In this document: piece by piece, positions 7,234-15,450 of the stretch
Numbering within the stretch: the stretch's first letter is position 1
How the letters are laid out: every line of letters begins with the position of its first letter
From: an uncultured virus (IMG/VR IMGVR_UViG_3300033463_000084)
Lineage: Duplodnaviria > Heunggongvirae > Uroviricota > Caudoviricetes
Length of the DNA stretch: 20,000 nucleotides
Strand: one strand, 5' to 3'
Virus record (IMG/VR): IMGVR_UViG_3300033463_000084
Program-made: the position numbers and the translations under genes
Notes under the pieces: generated by a model
What the model was told of the DNA's origin: nothing
The model's input: only the letters and a program-made list of their open reading frames with translations
The model's database searches: none

Positions 7234-8505
7234 ATGGAAAGCGCGCAGCAAATAATCGACAATCTTAACAAGAATCTGCCAGTGCTTCAAGTATATGTAG
7301 AGCAGGAACTTGTGCAAGGTAATACGGTAGGCGGCAAGCAGATAACCGACAAATGCAAAGAGTTGGGAATTGACCACAACCGCTTTATCAGTCGTGTAAA
7401 AGAGGCCATTGAAATTTCACTTATGCACGCGGCGAGGGCTATTGCCACCGACCGCAGCATAACCATTCGTCAGCGTTACGATGAGATTATCGGCTTATAC
7501 AACCGCCAGCCGGTTGTGGGTGCAAAAATGACGCTAAACCAAATGACAAAGGAGCAATATTCGACTTCGCTGCCAGTGGCCTATCTTATGAGCGAGTTTG
7601 TGAAAGACAGCGACGCAACAAGCTGGAATTGTGATAGCAACAAGGTGTTTTTTGAGCCGTCGGCTGGCAACGGCTTCTTGACAATAGCTCTGCCGCAAGA
7701 ACAAACAATCTGCAATGAGATAGACGAAAACCGACTGGTTAACTTACGCGGCGAACACTACCGTAAAGTTACCGACCAAGACGCGCTCCAACCGTTCAAC
7801 TACGGCCAAATTTTCGACGGTGTTATAACCAATCCACCGTTTTTACGCGCTGGCGGTACTGAAAAAATGATATTCAACGCCCTTGCCACAATGAAAGACA
7901 ACGGACGGTGCGCCATTATTCGCGACGGCTGGAATCAGTTTGAAAACTACTACAACACAATGCAGCGTAGCAAGTTCAATACATTCTACGATAGATTATT
8001 TACCGAATACAACGTAGTTAAAATCATAAACTTGAACAGCTACGATGTTTACGCCAAGCAAGGCACTGGCTTTCCAATGCAGCTTATTTTGATAGTCGGA
8101 CGCAATGCAAAACGCCGCACCGACACAAAGTATCGCGTCTTTAACCCCGATATTGATAAAACCGAAAAAGCTGGTTTTGAAAAACTTTGGGAGTATTTTG
8201 AAAAATATTTTCCACTCGACCAACGGCAGCAAGGTACAGCCGAAATTTTGACTTTCCGTGAAGCGTTAAAACTAAAGGTTACACGCTTGCAGCAAATGGC
8301 CAACAAAGACGAATGGAATTGCAATAGCGAAGCGGAGCGCGTCAATCGGTTAATGGCTCGCCACATATTCAATTTATACAAGCAGAATATGCTCACAATC
8401 GAAAACGACTATTTCAAAGCTGATGATACATTGATTCAATGGCACGGCCAGCCAATACCGCACCGCGCAGTCTTGTTTAAAAAAGAGATTGAACTAATGA
8501 AATAA
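7234..8505 (+). CDS. DNA N6-adenine methyltransferase-like protein (DarB/polyvalent type)
   Basis: Motif X EQYST, motif I FFEPSAGNG, NEID, motif IV NPPF and motif VIII-like YAKQGT, in gamma-class order. Confidence 0.85.
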   Translation: MESAQQIIDNLNKNLPVLQVYVEQELVQGNTVGGKQITDKCKELGIDHNRFISRVKEAIEISLMHAARAIATDRSITIRQRYDEIIGLYNRQPVVGAKMTLNQMTKEQYSTSLPVAYLMSEFVKDSDATSWNCDSNKVFFEPSAGNGFLTIALPQEQTICNEIDENRLVNLRGEHYRKVTDQDALQPFNYGQIFDGVITNPPFLRAGGTEKMIFNALATMKDNGRCAIIRDGWNQFENYYNTMQRSKFNTFYDRLFTEYNVVKIINLNSYDVYAKQGTGFPMQLILIVGRNAKRRTDTKYRVFNPDIDKTEKAGFEKLWEYFEKYFPLDQRQQGTAEILTFREALKLKVTRLQQMANKDEWNCNSEAERVNRLMARHIFNLYKQNMLTIENDYFKADDTLIQWHGQPIPHRAVLFKKEIELMK

Positions 8506-8524
8506 CAACATAAACATTAAAACA

Positions 8525-11500
8525 ATGAAGCAAATAGACATTCAGTTTCGCACATTCCGACTAAAAGACGATAGCCGGACATTCTTTTGCACCGAAGCAA
8601 AATGCGACTACAATTTGAACGTGTTAGGCGTGGCCTATATCACTATTCGCGGCAACTCGCTTCCTGCCAACTGGAACGATAGCAGCAAGTGGCAGCACCT
8701 GCCCAATGCACGGCTCAAAGACATTATCATTCCCGACGATTCGGCAACGCTCAATGGCGCATACACACCGGCGGCAGAACTTGAAAACGCCAAGTTTCTC
8801 GATGTGCTGACCCCCGACAGTATGGACGAAAGCACCGCCGAAGCGTTGAACCAGTTGAAAAAGGCCGTCGGCAACGTGGCAGAATTTGTGGCTGAAAGAC
8901 TGCAATATTCGCTTGAAGAATTGGCCGAGTGTCTTGCGCTGGAGCAAATCGACGCGGTTGCGCTGGCTATCTACAACGCCGAAGCGCGTAATCAAGGTAT
9001 GATTATTGGCGACCAAACCGGCATAGGCAAAGGCCGTGTCGCTGCCGCCTTTATCCGCTACGGTGTCATTCACGGCCACAAGCCTATATTCTTTACTGAA
9101 AACGCCTCGTTGTTTAACGACATTTACCGCGACCTTATCGACATTCATTGTGAAGATTATAAGCCGCTTATGATTAACTCAAACGCGGCACAAACCGACG
9201 ATGATGGAAACATTGTCTATTCGTGGGACGAGAAAGTGCTGAAAGCGGCTTTTGCCGACGGCAAAGTTCCCGACGATTGCCAGTATGTTTGCTGCACCTA
9301 TTCGCAGCTGCCAACCAACACAACAAAGCAGGATTTTATCGCGGCCATTGCCGAGAATAACATTATTGTACTCGACGAGGCGCACAATGCAGGCGGCGAG
9401 GTCGAATACAACAAAGACGGAGATATTGTCAGCGGCAAAATCGCAGCGTTTTTCCAAGAAAATGTTATCGGCAAGTGTAAATCGGTTATCTACCTTTCGG
9501 CCACCTACGCCAAATCGCCAAAAAATATGCCGATTTACGCGCAGAAAACGTGTATTTCCGACATTGACGATGGCGGCTACGATGTGGCCCGATACTTTGT
9601 TTCGCTGCCAGCTGCCGAAATCATCAGTTCGTCTATGGCACGATTCGGCCAGTTTATCCGTCGTGAGCGCATAACCGAAGGTATGAACGTAAACTATTAC
9701 ACTCTCGACGCTTCCGACGAGGACGCAATGAGGGCTGGCTATCCCGACTTGAAAGAGCAACATTGGCAAGTGTATCAAAACATTACCAATATTTATTCGC
9801 GGATTCGCAGATTCCAAGAAAAATATTTCCAGCCGTATTTGGCCGATATTGCCGAAACACTTGCCGCACAAGGCAGTCGCCAATCAAAACCGCCTACGGT
9901 TGCTTCGGCAAGCCTTATGAGTTCGCTTTTCCATTTGACAAACAACATTTTGCTTTCACTCAAAGCGCTGCCAGTGGCCGAGCGCACGCTCCAGCTGCTT
10001 AAAGAGGGAAAAAAGGTTGTTATTGCGCTGGCCGACACTAACGAAAGCGTATTGAAAAACCGCAACGAGGCCGGTAAAAAAGGCAACGTTGACGAGGGCG
10101 ATGATAGCGGAGTATCGGTAGAGGTTCGCGAGGGGCAGACAATCAACGCTGACTACACAAAGGTTTTCGACACCATTTTCAAAAACCTATTCTACTACAA
10201 CATACGGCAAGGCCGCAAGGTTATCGACAAGGTTTATATATCGGTTGATGAGCTTGGCGAGGAAGCCGTAGAGGAATACAAGAGCATACTCGAATTGTTT
10301 AGCAAAACCACCAGCGGATTGTGTTTTTCGCCTATTGATGTGATTCGTGAGCGTATTGAGCGCGAGGGCTACCAAATTGGCGAATGTACTGGCCGCAAAA
10401 CGCGAATTAAATTCACAAATGGCAACTACTATAATGCGACGGTAACGAATATTGACAAATTCAGCAGCAACCAAGAGAAACACAAGGCTTTATGCTTCCG
10501 CAAGTTCAATAACAACGAGATTGATGTAATGATTATCAATCAGTCCGGCTCAACCGGCAAGTCGGCACACGCAACCAACAAAAACACAAAGTTGCGCCCC
10601 GACGAGGTTAAACAGCGCGTTATGATTATCGCGCAGGCCGAACTCGATGTCAATACCGAAGTGCAGAAGCGAGGCCGTATCAACCGAACCGGCCAGTTTG
10701 CACACATACCGCCGCAGTATGAATACATATTTTCGGCCATTCCGTGCGAAAAGCGATTTATGATGATGTTGAAGGCAAAGCTCAAATCGCTCGACGCTAA
10801 CACAACCTCAAACCAAAAGAACAGTAACGAAACTGTCCTTAAAACCGACGATTTCTTTAACAAGTACGGCGATAAGATTGTGGAAGATGTTTTGAAAGCC
10901 GATTTGCGGCTGAATCACACGCTGAACGACCCATTAGGTGTTGAACCCGACCCGGTAAACCCCAAACGCACAAAACAGCGTCCGCAAGAAATGGCGCGGA
11001 CTGTGTTTGGCCGTATGCAGATTCTGCCAGCTGACGAGCAGGAAAAATACTACGATATGGTGCTTCGCGCTTATAACGCAAAGGTTGAGCAACTGAAAGC
11101 CGACGATGAGTTTGACCTCGAAATGAAAGAGGCCGATTTCCAAGCCAAGAAGATAAGCGAGAATATTCTGCGTCAAGTCGAAAATGACGGTACACACTCC
11201 GAACTGAAAGGCTCTGCGTTTCTCACGCGCTACTCAATCAAGGCACAAGCCAAATTTATGTCAGTCAAGAACATAAACGAAACGCTGAACCGCAACACGC
11301 AAAGCGGATTGGCCGACACCGACGGAATTTTGAAACGCCTCAAAGACGATTACGAGGCCGTTATCAAAGACGAGAAAGAGCGCCACGCCAACCGGCTGCA
11401 ACAAGAGATTGACCGCCAGCAAGACCGAGTAACACAAACCAGCAATACCATTGAAGATTTTATCGAGGCTGGAATGTCTGCCGAGAGAATCGACAAGCTG

Positions 11501-12769
11501 CGTGAGAATCTAAAAGAGGCCACCGCCAAGCTCAAAGACCTCAAAAAAGGCGTTGACCCCGAATTTGATGAGCGTTTGGCCGACAAAAAAGCCACATACG
11601 AGGAAATACGCAAGCTACTTGACAAACTGCGCGTAGGCCAGTATTTTGAGCGCAATTCAAATATCTACTGTGTATTGTCGGTAAACGCCAAGATAGGCGA
11701 TAGTGGCAACATTTACAACGCACCGTCGAATATTTTGATTAGCCTTACCTGCACCGACCCGATGAGTATTAAGGGCGTGAACGCAAACTTTGCAGAGAAC
11801 GACCGCGAGAACATTCTTAAAGAACTGGTTAAAAAGCCCTCGTCCGAAGCAGCTTACACCAAGTTTATCAAAGACGATTCGCGCCGCGAGGAAGTGTCAA
11901 TCATAACCGGCAACATTGTGCCGTATTTGTCGGAAGAAGGAACGGTTATCACACGTTACACGCTCTACGACGGCAGTATGGAAAACGGCATAGTTGTTAA
12001 GCCAAAACTTGTCAACGACCAATGGGAATATCCCGAATGGGCAAAATTCGCCTATATACCGCTTAACGACAAAACCATAAGGCCGATAATGTCTTCGCTT
12101 TCAAGTGAAACACGAATGAACCTTATGTCGCAAGTGGGCAATGGCGAGTTTTACATTGAGGGTCGCCGATTCGGTGGCGATATGGAGTTTGTATTGTTTG
12201 CCGAGCGCGGATATATACAATTCCTTAACCGTGAGGATATTAAAGAACAGTTTGATTTGTTGTATGGCGAAGATGTGCCGTTTGTTCAAGGTATGTTTAG
12301 GGTTACAATTAAGAACCTGCGTAAATTCCTCGAAAAACTGAACGAGTTTAATTTCTCGGCGCGAGTTGCTATTACTGCTCTTGAACACTACGCTGACGCT
12401 CTCGACTTTTCAAAATACAAGGCAAAAGACTGGATAAAGCTGTCATACGACCGCAACAAGATACCAACCGGCTACACCGGCCATAAGCCGAAACGTGTGG
12501 CTGTGCCAATGTTGCTGCTTACCGAGCTGAAATTGCTGAAATCGGGTGCCGATGTGAACGTTGACGATAATATAAGAATCATTGACTACTCCGAACACGC
12601 TTGGGCGGTTGTTGGCAACACAATGCCGATACGCTACACGCTGAAACAAAACGGCGGTCATTTCAACAAATTCTTAAAGATTGGCGGCAAGACAGTAGTA
12701 GGCTGGATATTCAGTAAAAACAAATTCAGCAAGACCGAGCTTTACAATATCATTCGCGAGGCCGCATAA
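8525..12769 (+). CDS. Strawberry-notch-family SF2 helicase (1414 aa)
   Basis: EQIDAVALAI, Walker A GDQTGIGKGR, DEAH, SAT, SGSTGKSAHA and QKRGRINRTGQ; a coiled coil; and a small C-terminal domain DYSEHAWAVVGNT...LKQNGGHFN..L....GWIFSK. Confidence 0.9.
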   Translation: MKQIDIQFRTFRLKDDSRTFFCTEAKCDYNLNVLGVAYITIRGNSLPANWNDSSKWQHLPNARLKDIIIPDDSATLNGAYTPAAELENAKFLDVLTPDSMDESTAEALNQLKKAVGNVAEFVAERLQYSLEELAECLALEQIDAVALAIYNAEARNQGMIIGDQTGIGKGRVAAAFIRYGVIHGHKPIFFTENASLFNDIYRDLIDIHCEDYKPLMINSNAAQTDDDGNIVYSWDEKVLKAAFADGKVPDDCQYVCCTYSQLPTNTTKQDFIAAIAENNIIVLDEAHNAGGEVEYNKDGDIVSGKIAAFFQENVIGKCKSVIYLSATYAKSPKNMPIYAQKTCISDIDDGGYDVARYFVSLPAAEIISSSMARFGQFIRRERITEGMNVNYYTLDASDEDAMRAGYPDLKEQHWQVYQNITNIYSRIRRFQEKYFQPYLADIAETLAAQGSRQSKPPTVASASLMSSLFHLTNNILLSLKALPVAERTLQLLKEGKKVVIALADTNESVLKNRNEAGKKGNVDEGDDSGVSVEVREGQTINADYTKVFDTIFKNLFYYNIRQGRKVIDKVYISVDELGEEAVEEYKSILELFSKTTSGLCFSPIDVIRERIEREGYQIGECTGRKTRIKFTNGNYYNATVTNIDKFSSNQEKHKALCFRKFNNNEIDVMIINQSGSTGKSAHATNKNTKLRPDEVKQRVMIIAQAELDVNTEVQKRGRINRTGQFAHIPPQYEYIFSAIPCEKRFMMMLKAKLKSLDANTTSNQKNSNETVLKTDDFFNKYGDKIVEDVLKADLRLNHTLNDPLGVEPDPVNPKRTKQRPQEMARTVFGRMQILPADEQEKYYDMVLRAYNAKVEQLKADDEFDLEMKEADFQAKKISENILRQVENDGTHSELKGSAFLTRYSIKAQAKFMSVKNINETLNRNTQSGLADTDGILKRLKDDYEAVIKDEKERHANRLQQEIDRQQDRVTQTSNTIEDFIEAGMSAERIDKLRENLKEATAKLKDLKKGVDPEFDERLADKKATYEEIRKLLDKLRVGQYFERNSNIYCVLSVNAKIGDSGNIYNAPSNILISLTCTDPMSIKGVNANFAENDRENILKELVKKPSSEAAYTKFIKDDSRREEVSIITGNIVPYLSEEGTVITRYTLYDGSMENGIVVKPKLVNDQWEYPEWAKFAYIPLNDKTIRPIMSSLSSETRMNLMSQVGNGEFYIEGRRFGGDMEFVLFAERGYIQFLNREDIKEQFDLLYGEDVPFVQGMFRVTIKNLRKFLEKLNEFNFSARVAITALEHYADALDFSKYKAKDWIKLSYDRNKIPTGYTGHKPKRVAVPMLLLTELKLLKSGADVNVDDNIRIIDYSEHAWAVVGNTMPIRYTLKQNGGHFNKFLKIGGKTVVGWIFSKNKFSKTELYNIIREAA

Positions 12770-12801
12770 ACTAATAATCAACAATTTAAAAGCATAACAA
12801 T

Positions 12802-14025
12802 ATGAACACTCTCAAAGAAAATCTAAAGATTATCAACGCGGCCACCATAACTGGCGATAGCCGCGAAGAAAACATTTACCGAGAACTCCGCAACTTGATT
12901 GAGGAAATCACGGACAAGTACGAAAGCCCCGAAAAACTTTCGGACGAAAAAATTGATATGACGGCGACTATCAAACAGTATGGCTACGACGCTGACGAAT
13001 ACAAAAAAATGTTTGGCAGCACCGAGCGCAGTGAGCGCGATGTGGTCGAGAATCTTGCCAATCTGCTTGTCGAAAAAGGCTACGCCAAAGCCGACGGCAA
13101 GAAAGAAGAACCCAAAAAATCGGACGATGAGGACAAGGCAAAAAAAATCAAATTGCTCAAACTCAAAGCAAAGGCCGCAAAAGCAAAACTGGCGTTAATG
13201 CAGTTGGGCTGTGTTAATGGTGTTGATGTAGCTACAAGGCCGCAAACATTCGGCGTTTCCACTGGTCGCTTATTCGACGATGAGTTACAACGCGACCGCT
13301 GGCAGAAACGATGGGATAGCAAGCGTCGCAAGTATATCTACACCGACAGCGATGATAACGAATGGTACAAAAACGAACACGGCCACTATTGTCTGCTTAA
13401 CGGCACTGGCGACCCGTCGTTCAGTTTCGATTGGGAGGGCAGGGTTGCCTATGTTAGCGGCTTCGACGCTGACGAATACGAGGCCGCGAAAGAGTTTTGT
13501 GCCTCAATGGTTGACGAGAAAGTAATGCACGGCAGCGGCTGGCATTTTGGCGCGGAGGGCTACGATAACCGCAGCCAGTCGTGGCGATTCTTTATTCTTT
13601 ACGGCGCAATGGCCGCTGGAGTTGGCAATACTGGCGAGGAAACCCCCGATAGCAAATGGTATATAAAAGCCTTTAGAAATATTAAAGAACGCTTCCCCTC
13701 TATATCGGACAGCTTTATTGAGAGCTATGTGGCCAACTATTGGGATAATTACGCCGAACTCTACGATAATCTAAACGCCTTTAAAGAACACCTCGACGAT
13801 GAGCAGGAAAATTATGCAGAGGGCGGCGAGTTGTTTGAACTTGACTGGAGCGACTACACCGAGCGCGGCACGGTTAGACCCTTGTATCACTGCGAAGATT
13901 TATACGGCGACGATTACGACTTTGCCGAAAAATGGCTGACCGAAACGCTTGCTGCCGACAATCTCTCAATCGACCGTATGTGGATAGACGAAAGAATGAA
14001 TTGCTACGAATTTTTAGCGAAATAA
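12802..14025 (+). CDS. Acidic hypothetical protein carrying the [19 protein letters not shown] motif
   Basis: 407-aa ORF with an AT-rich start context; motif at 13150-13209. Confidence 0.85.
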   Translation: MNTLKENLKIINAATITGDSREENIYRELRNLIEEITDKYESPEKLSDEKIDMTATIKQYGYDADEYKKMFGSTERSERDVVENLANLLVEKGYAKADGKKEEPKKSDDEDKAKKIKLLKLKAKAAKAKLALMQLGCVNGVDVATRPQTFGVSTGRLFDDELQRDRWQKRWDSKRRKYIYTDSDDNEWYKNEHGHYCLLNGTGDPSFSFDWEGRVAYVSGFDADEYEAAKEFCASMVDEKVMHGSGWHFGAEGYDNRSQSWRFFILYGAMAAGVGNTGEETPDSKWYIKAFRNIKERFPSISDSFIESYVANYWDNYAELYDNLNAFKEHLDDEQENYAEGGELFELDWSDYTERGTVRPLYHCEDLYGDDYDFAEKWLTETLAADNLSIDRMWIDERMNCYEFLAK

Positions 14026-14055
14026 ATGATTACTAACCTTTAATATTTTTTTAAA

Positions 14056-15384
14056 ATGAAACTATCAGCAAAAACATTGGCAGAGGACATTAAGAAAGTG
14101 GAACTGTCAGCAGAATTGATGAAATTCTACAATGAGAACTCAATCGCGGATATGGCCGAAGCATACGGTGAGGACGCGGAAATCGACGAAACCGTTGATT
14201 TGTTTGTAGAGAAAGCCAACGCCTACCTTGCGGCTCACGAAAAAAAAGAAGAACCGAAAAAGGAAGAACCAAAGAAGCCGGAGCCAAAGAAAGAGCCAAA
14301 AAAGCCCGAACCGAAAAAGGAAGAACCGAAGAAACCGGCTGGCAGCAAGCTCACACCGCAGAACCTTAAAAGCGAAATCAAGAACGTAAGCCTTTCGGCT
14401 GAACTGATGAAATTCTACGAGGAAAACTCAATCGCGGATATGGCCGAAGCATACGGCGAGGACGCAGAGATTGACGAAACAGTTGATTTGTTTGTAGAGA
14501 AAGCCAACGCCTACCTTGCAGCCAACGCTGGCAAGAAAGACGAGCCAAAAAAGCCCGAACCGAAAAAGGACGAGCCTAAAAAAAAGCCGGAAAAGAAAGC
14601 CGAGCCAAAGAAAGAGCCGAAAGAGAAAAAAGAGCCTAAAGCCAAGCAGCCAAAGAAGAAGCTGCCTGCCGCTTTGTTCAAAACTGGTTCGTGGGCAATC
14701 GACAACACTTGCGAGCGCGCCGGTATTATCAGCGAGCGTTTGAGTTATAGCGACGAGCGCGGCTGCTGGCTCTATCATATCGAGTATGTAGGCTCAAAGG
14801 AGCAATCGCTTGTGGCCGAGTGCGATTTGTCCAAAACACGCGCACCGAAAGCCATTGTGCAGACCGGCGAACTTGTACCCGAACTGCCAGCCGAAATCAA
14901 GATAATCAACCGTTATATTGCACTGGACGGCAAAAAGTTAGGCAAGATAGGCGACGAGCCGCGCCTTGTGCTGGCCGCTTTGCAGAAAATGATTATCAAC
15001 AAGCAGATTCGCAAAACCAGCAAGTATGCAAAGGAAATCAACGCTATGCAGGATTCGTTGATTAAACTTGTGAACAGCCGTGCAAAAGACGCTGAAATTA
15101 GCATTGAGCATATCGACGAACTCCGCAAGATTGTGGCACGGCAGAACGTTTCGGAAATATCGAACATATCGCGCAAATTCGTTACCCTTATCGGCCAACC
15201 CGACAAGAAGAAAGAGGCCAAAGCACTCTACGAGCGCATTATGAAACGCGCCTTTAAGGGCGATGATTCGACCGAAGCCGCCACAATGAAAAAGGCACTG
15301 AAAGCCTATATCGACGGCGAGAACGAAACCGTTTACGCCACTGGCCGCGAGTTGCGCGGTATTTACGGACTGGCTGGTATCTAA
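14056..15384 (+). CDS. Protein with a duplicated ~59-aa acidic helical module and KKEEP linkers
   Basis: 442-aa ORF with two near-identical modules, K/E/P low-complexity linkers, an SH3-like segment (FKTGSWA...YHIEY) and C-terminal LRGIYGLAGI. Confidence 0.85.
   Translation: MKLSAKTLAEDIKKVELSAELMKFYNENSIADMAEAYGEDAEIDETVDLFVEKANAYLAAHEKKEEPKKEEPKKPEPKKEPKKPEPKKEEPKKPAGSKLTPQNLKSEIKNVSLSAELMKFYEENSIADMAEAYGEDAEIDETVDLFVEKANAYLAANAGKKDEPKKPEPKKDEPKKKPEKKAEPKKEPKEKKEPKAKQPKKKLPAALFKTGSWAIDNTCERAGIISERLSYSDERGCWLYHIEYVGSKEQSLVAECDLSKTRAPKAIVQTGELVPELPAEIKIINRYIALDGKKLGKIGDEPRLVLAALQKMIINKQIRKTSKYAKEINAMQDSLIKLVNSRAKDAEISIEHIDELRKIVARQNVSEISNISRKFVTLIGQPDKKKEAKALYERIMKRAFKGDDSTEAATMKKALKAYIDGENETVYATGRELRGIYGLAGI
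14059..14523 (+). repeat. Intragenic duplication 14059-14235 / 14347-14523 (offset 288 nt)
   Basis: LSAELMKFY(N/E)ENSIADMAEAYGEDAEIDETVDLFVEKANAYLAA occurs twice. Confidence 0.95.
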
Positions 15385-15399
15385 TTAGTTAATAACCGC

Positions 15400-15433
15400 A
15401 AGTGTGGGGAGCGTTCCGCGTTCCCTGCACTTT
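15400..15433 (+). terminator. Intergenic RNA hairpin (weak terminator or mRNA stabiliser)
   Basis: 14-bp stem AAGTGTGGGGAGCG/CGTTCCCTGCACTT with three G-U pairs that work only on the + strand, a 5-nt loop and a short T tail. Confidence 0.55.
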
Positions 15434-15450
15434 AAAATTTACATTCCGTT

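Noticed and set aside
12514..12547. LLTELKLLKSG in the helicase (and ALKLKVTRLQQM in the MTase) as further tag copies
   Set aside because: Only 4-5 residues match and the [11 protein letters not shown] core is missing; at most degenerate remnants.
7234..12769. A conventional type I/III restriction-modification system
   Set aside because: No specificity subunit or recognisable nuclease motif; the helicase is Strawberry-notch type in a polyvalent-protein context.
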